Positions 28,063 to 29,171 of a stretch of 29,171 bases of DNA are shown piece after piece. Origin of the DNA: an uncultured Methanosarcinales archaeon. Lineage in GTDB: Archaea; Halobacteriota; Methanosarcinia; Methanosarcinales; Methanosarcinaceae. The stretch is taken from positions 1 through 29,171 of the forward strand of contig CAZQWP010000001.1 in NCBI GenBank assembly GCA_964597005.1. The letters run 5' to 3'. Numbering within the stretch: the first letter of the stretch is position 1; each line of letters opens with the position of its first letter. A model generated the notes under the pieces. It was given only the letters and a program-made list of their open reading frames with translations, had not been told where the DNA came from and did not search any database. The position numbers and the translations under genes are program-made.

Positions 28063-29103
28063 TTGATCAAAGAAGCAATGTTCTATGAGAAACTTGAGGA
28101 TAATAAGGTACATTGTAACCTGTGCAATCACCGCTGTATCATTGCCCCGGGGAAAAGGGGTTTTTGCAGGGTGCGGGAGAACCGTGATGGGACACTGTAT
28201 ACCCTGATATATGGTCTAGTTTCAAGCGAAGCTGTTGACCCTATCGAAAAGAAACCCCTGTTTCATTTCTATCCCGGCACGCTTTCATATTCCTTGGGTA
28301 CCATAGGCTGTAATTTCAGGTGCAAGCACTGCCAGAACTGGACGATCTCCCAGACAGGTCTTGACGAGGCGCATGCGGTGGAGATACTGCCCGAGAAGGC
28401 AATATCACGTGCAGTTGCCTCGGATTCAAAGACCATTGCGTGGACGTATAATGAGCCTACCATCTGGTATGAGTATACCTATGACTGCGCAAAACTCGCA
28501 AAGGAGGCAGGGCTCGGGACCATTTATGTGACGAACGGCTATATCACTCCAGAGGCGCTTAAAGGCATTTCACCCTACCTGGATGCTTTCAGGGTGGATA
28601 TCAAGGCATTCTCAGAGGAGTTCTATAAAAATGTGTGCAGCGCAAAACTTGCACCTGTCCTTGAATCTGCGAAGCTTGCGAGGGAACTGGGGATGCATGT
28701 TGAGGTCATCAACCTGGTAATCCCAAAACTTAACGATTCTCCCGACGAGATCCGGAAACTTTCAAAATGGGTGCATGATAATCTCGGGGAGGATACACCG
28801 CTTCATTTTACACGTTTCCAGCCGCATTATAAGATGCAGGACCTTCCACAGACACCGGTTGCAACTCTTGAGGCGGCATACAGGATAGCAAGGGAGGAAG
28901 GGATGCGGTTCGTGTACCTCGGGAATGTGTTCGGGCATGAGTACGAGAGCACTTTCTGTCCGAAATGCGGAGAATTATTGATCAAGAGGGGATATTTCGA
29001 GGTAGGAAAGTACAATATCACACCGGAAAACAAATGTCTGAACTGTGGCGAGCCAATTCCCATCGCAGGGAAAGTTATGGATTTTAAGCATTGGGCTACT
29101 TGA
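28063..29103 (+). CDS. amrS: AmmeMemoRadiSam system radical SAM enzyme
   Basis: CNLCNHRC...GFCRVR, DPIEKKPLFHFYPG, radical SAM GCNFRCKHCQNW, YNEP, C-terminal CPKCG/CLNCG. Confidence 0.9.
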   Translation: MIKEAMFYEKLEDNKVHCNLCNHRCIIAPGKRGFCRVRENRDGTLYTLIYGLVSSEAVDPIEKKPLFHFYPGTLSYSLGTIGCNFRCKHCQNWTISQTGLDEAHAVEILPEKAISRAVASDSKTIAWTYNEPTIWYEYTYDCAKLAKEAGLGTIYVTNGYITPEALKGISPYLDAFRVDIKAFSEEFYKNVCSAKLAPVLESAKLARELGMHVEVINLVIPKLNDSPDEIRKLSKWVHDNLGEDTPLHFTRFQPHYKMQDLPQTPVATLEAAYRIAREEGMRFVYLGNVFGHEYESTFCPKCGELLIKRGYFEVGKYNITPENKCLNCGEPIPIAGKVMDFKHWAT

Positions 29104-29171
29104 TAGATGAATAGATTACCTTTTGAACTACTCCACGCTTACGCATGGAGATTCTTACAAGTAACTACAAG

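Noticed and set aside
29107-29171. Open frame running off the window end and a CTCCA-N10-TGGAG hairpin
   Set aside because: Only 21 codons with no recognisable family, so a gene start cannot be distinguished from a terminator region.

Overview
Chromosomal segment of a Methanosarcinales archaeon (Methanosarcinaceae-like), judged from gene content, split RNA polymerase subunits, a PGF-CTERM protein and gene order. 1-5.2 kb is an AT-rich accessory block: a five-gene NikKMLQO-type ECF Ni/Co uptake operon, with a 178-bp MITE upstream and an internally deleted IS5-family remnant downstream. 5.2-8.5 kb holds a DUF1638 protein, an ACT-domain regulator, a geranylgeranyl reductase, a broken hicB and tRNA-Arg(CCG). 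8.8-22.5 kb is the conserved minus-strand cluster tRNA-Lys(UUU)-rpoH-rpoB''-rpoB'-rpoA'-rpoA''-rpl30e-nusA-rpsL-rpsG-fusA-tuf-rpsJ. 22.9-29.1 kb is an SPFH-pps-HD-mtaD/dadD-ahcY operon divergent from an AmmeMemoRadiSam radical SAM gene. Most of the window is housekeeping. The most notable oddities are: rpoB'' has no ATG/GTG/TTG before its conserved N-terminus, so it needs a non-canonical start; the nickel transporter has a PGF-CTERM-anchored NikK and a His-ladder ATPase tail; rpl30e and nusA are in frame across a single amber codon; and hicB is cut off at the tRNA-Arg 3' end. All family assignments come from motif recognition, not database searches.
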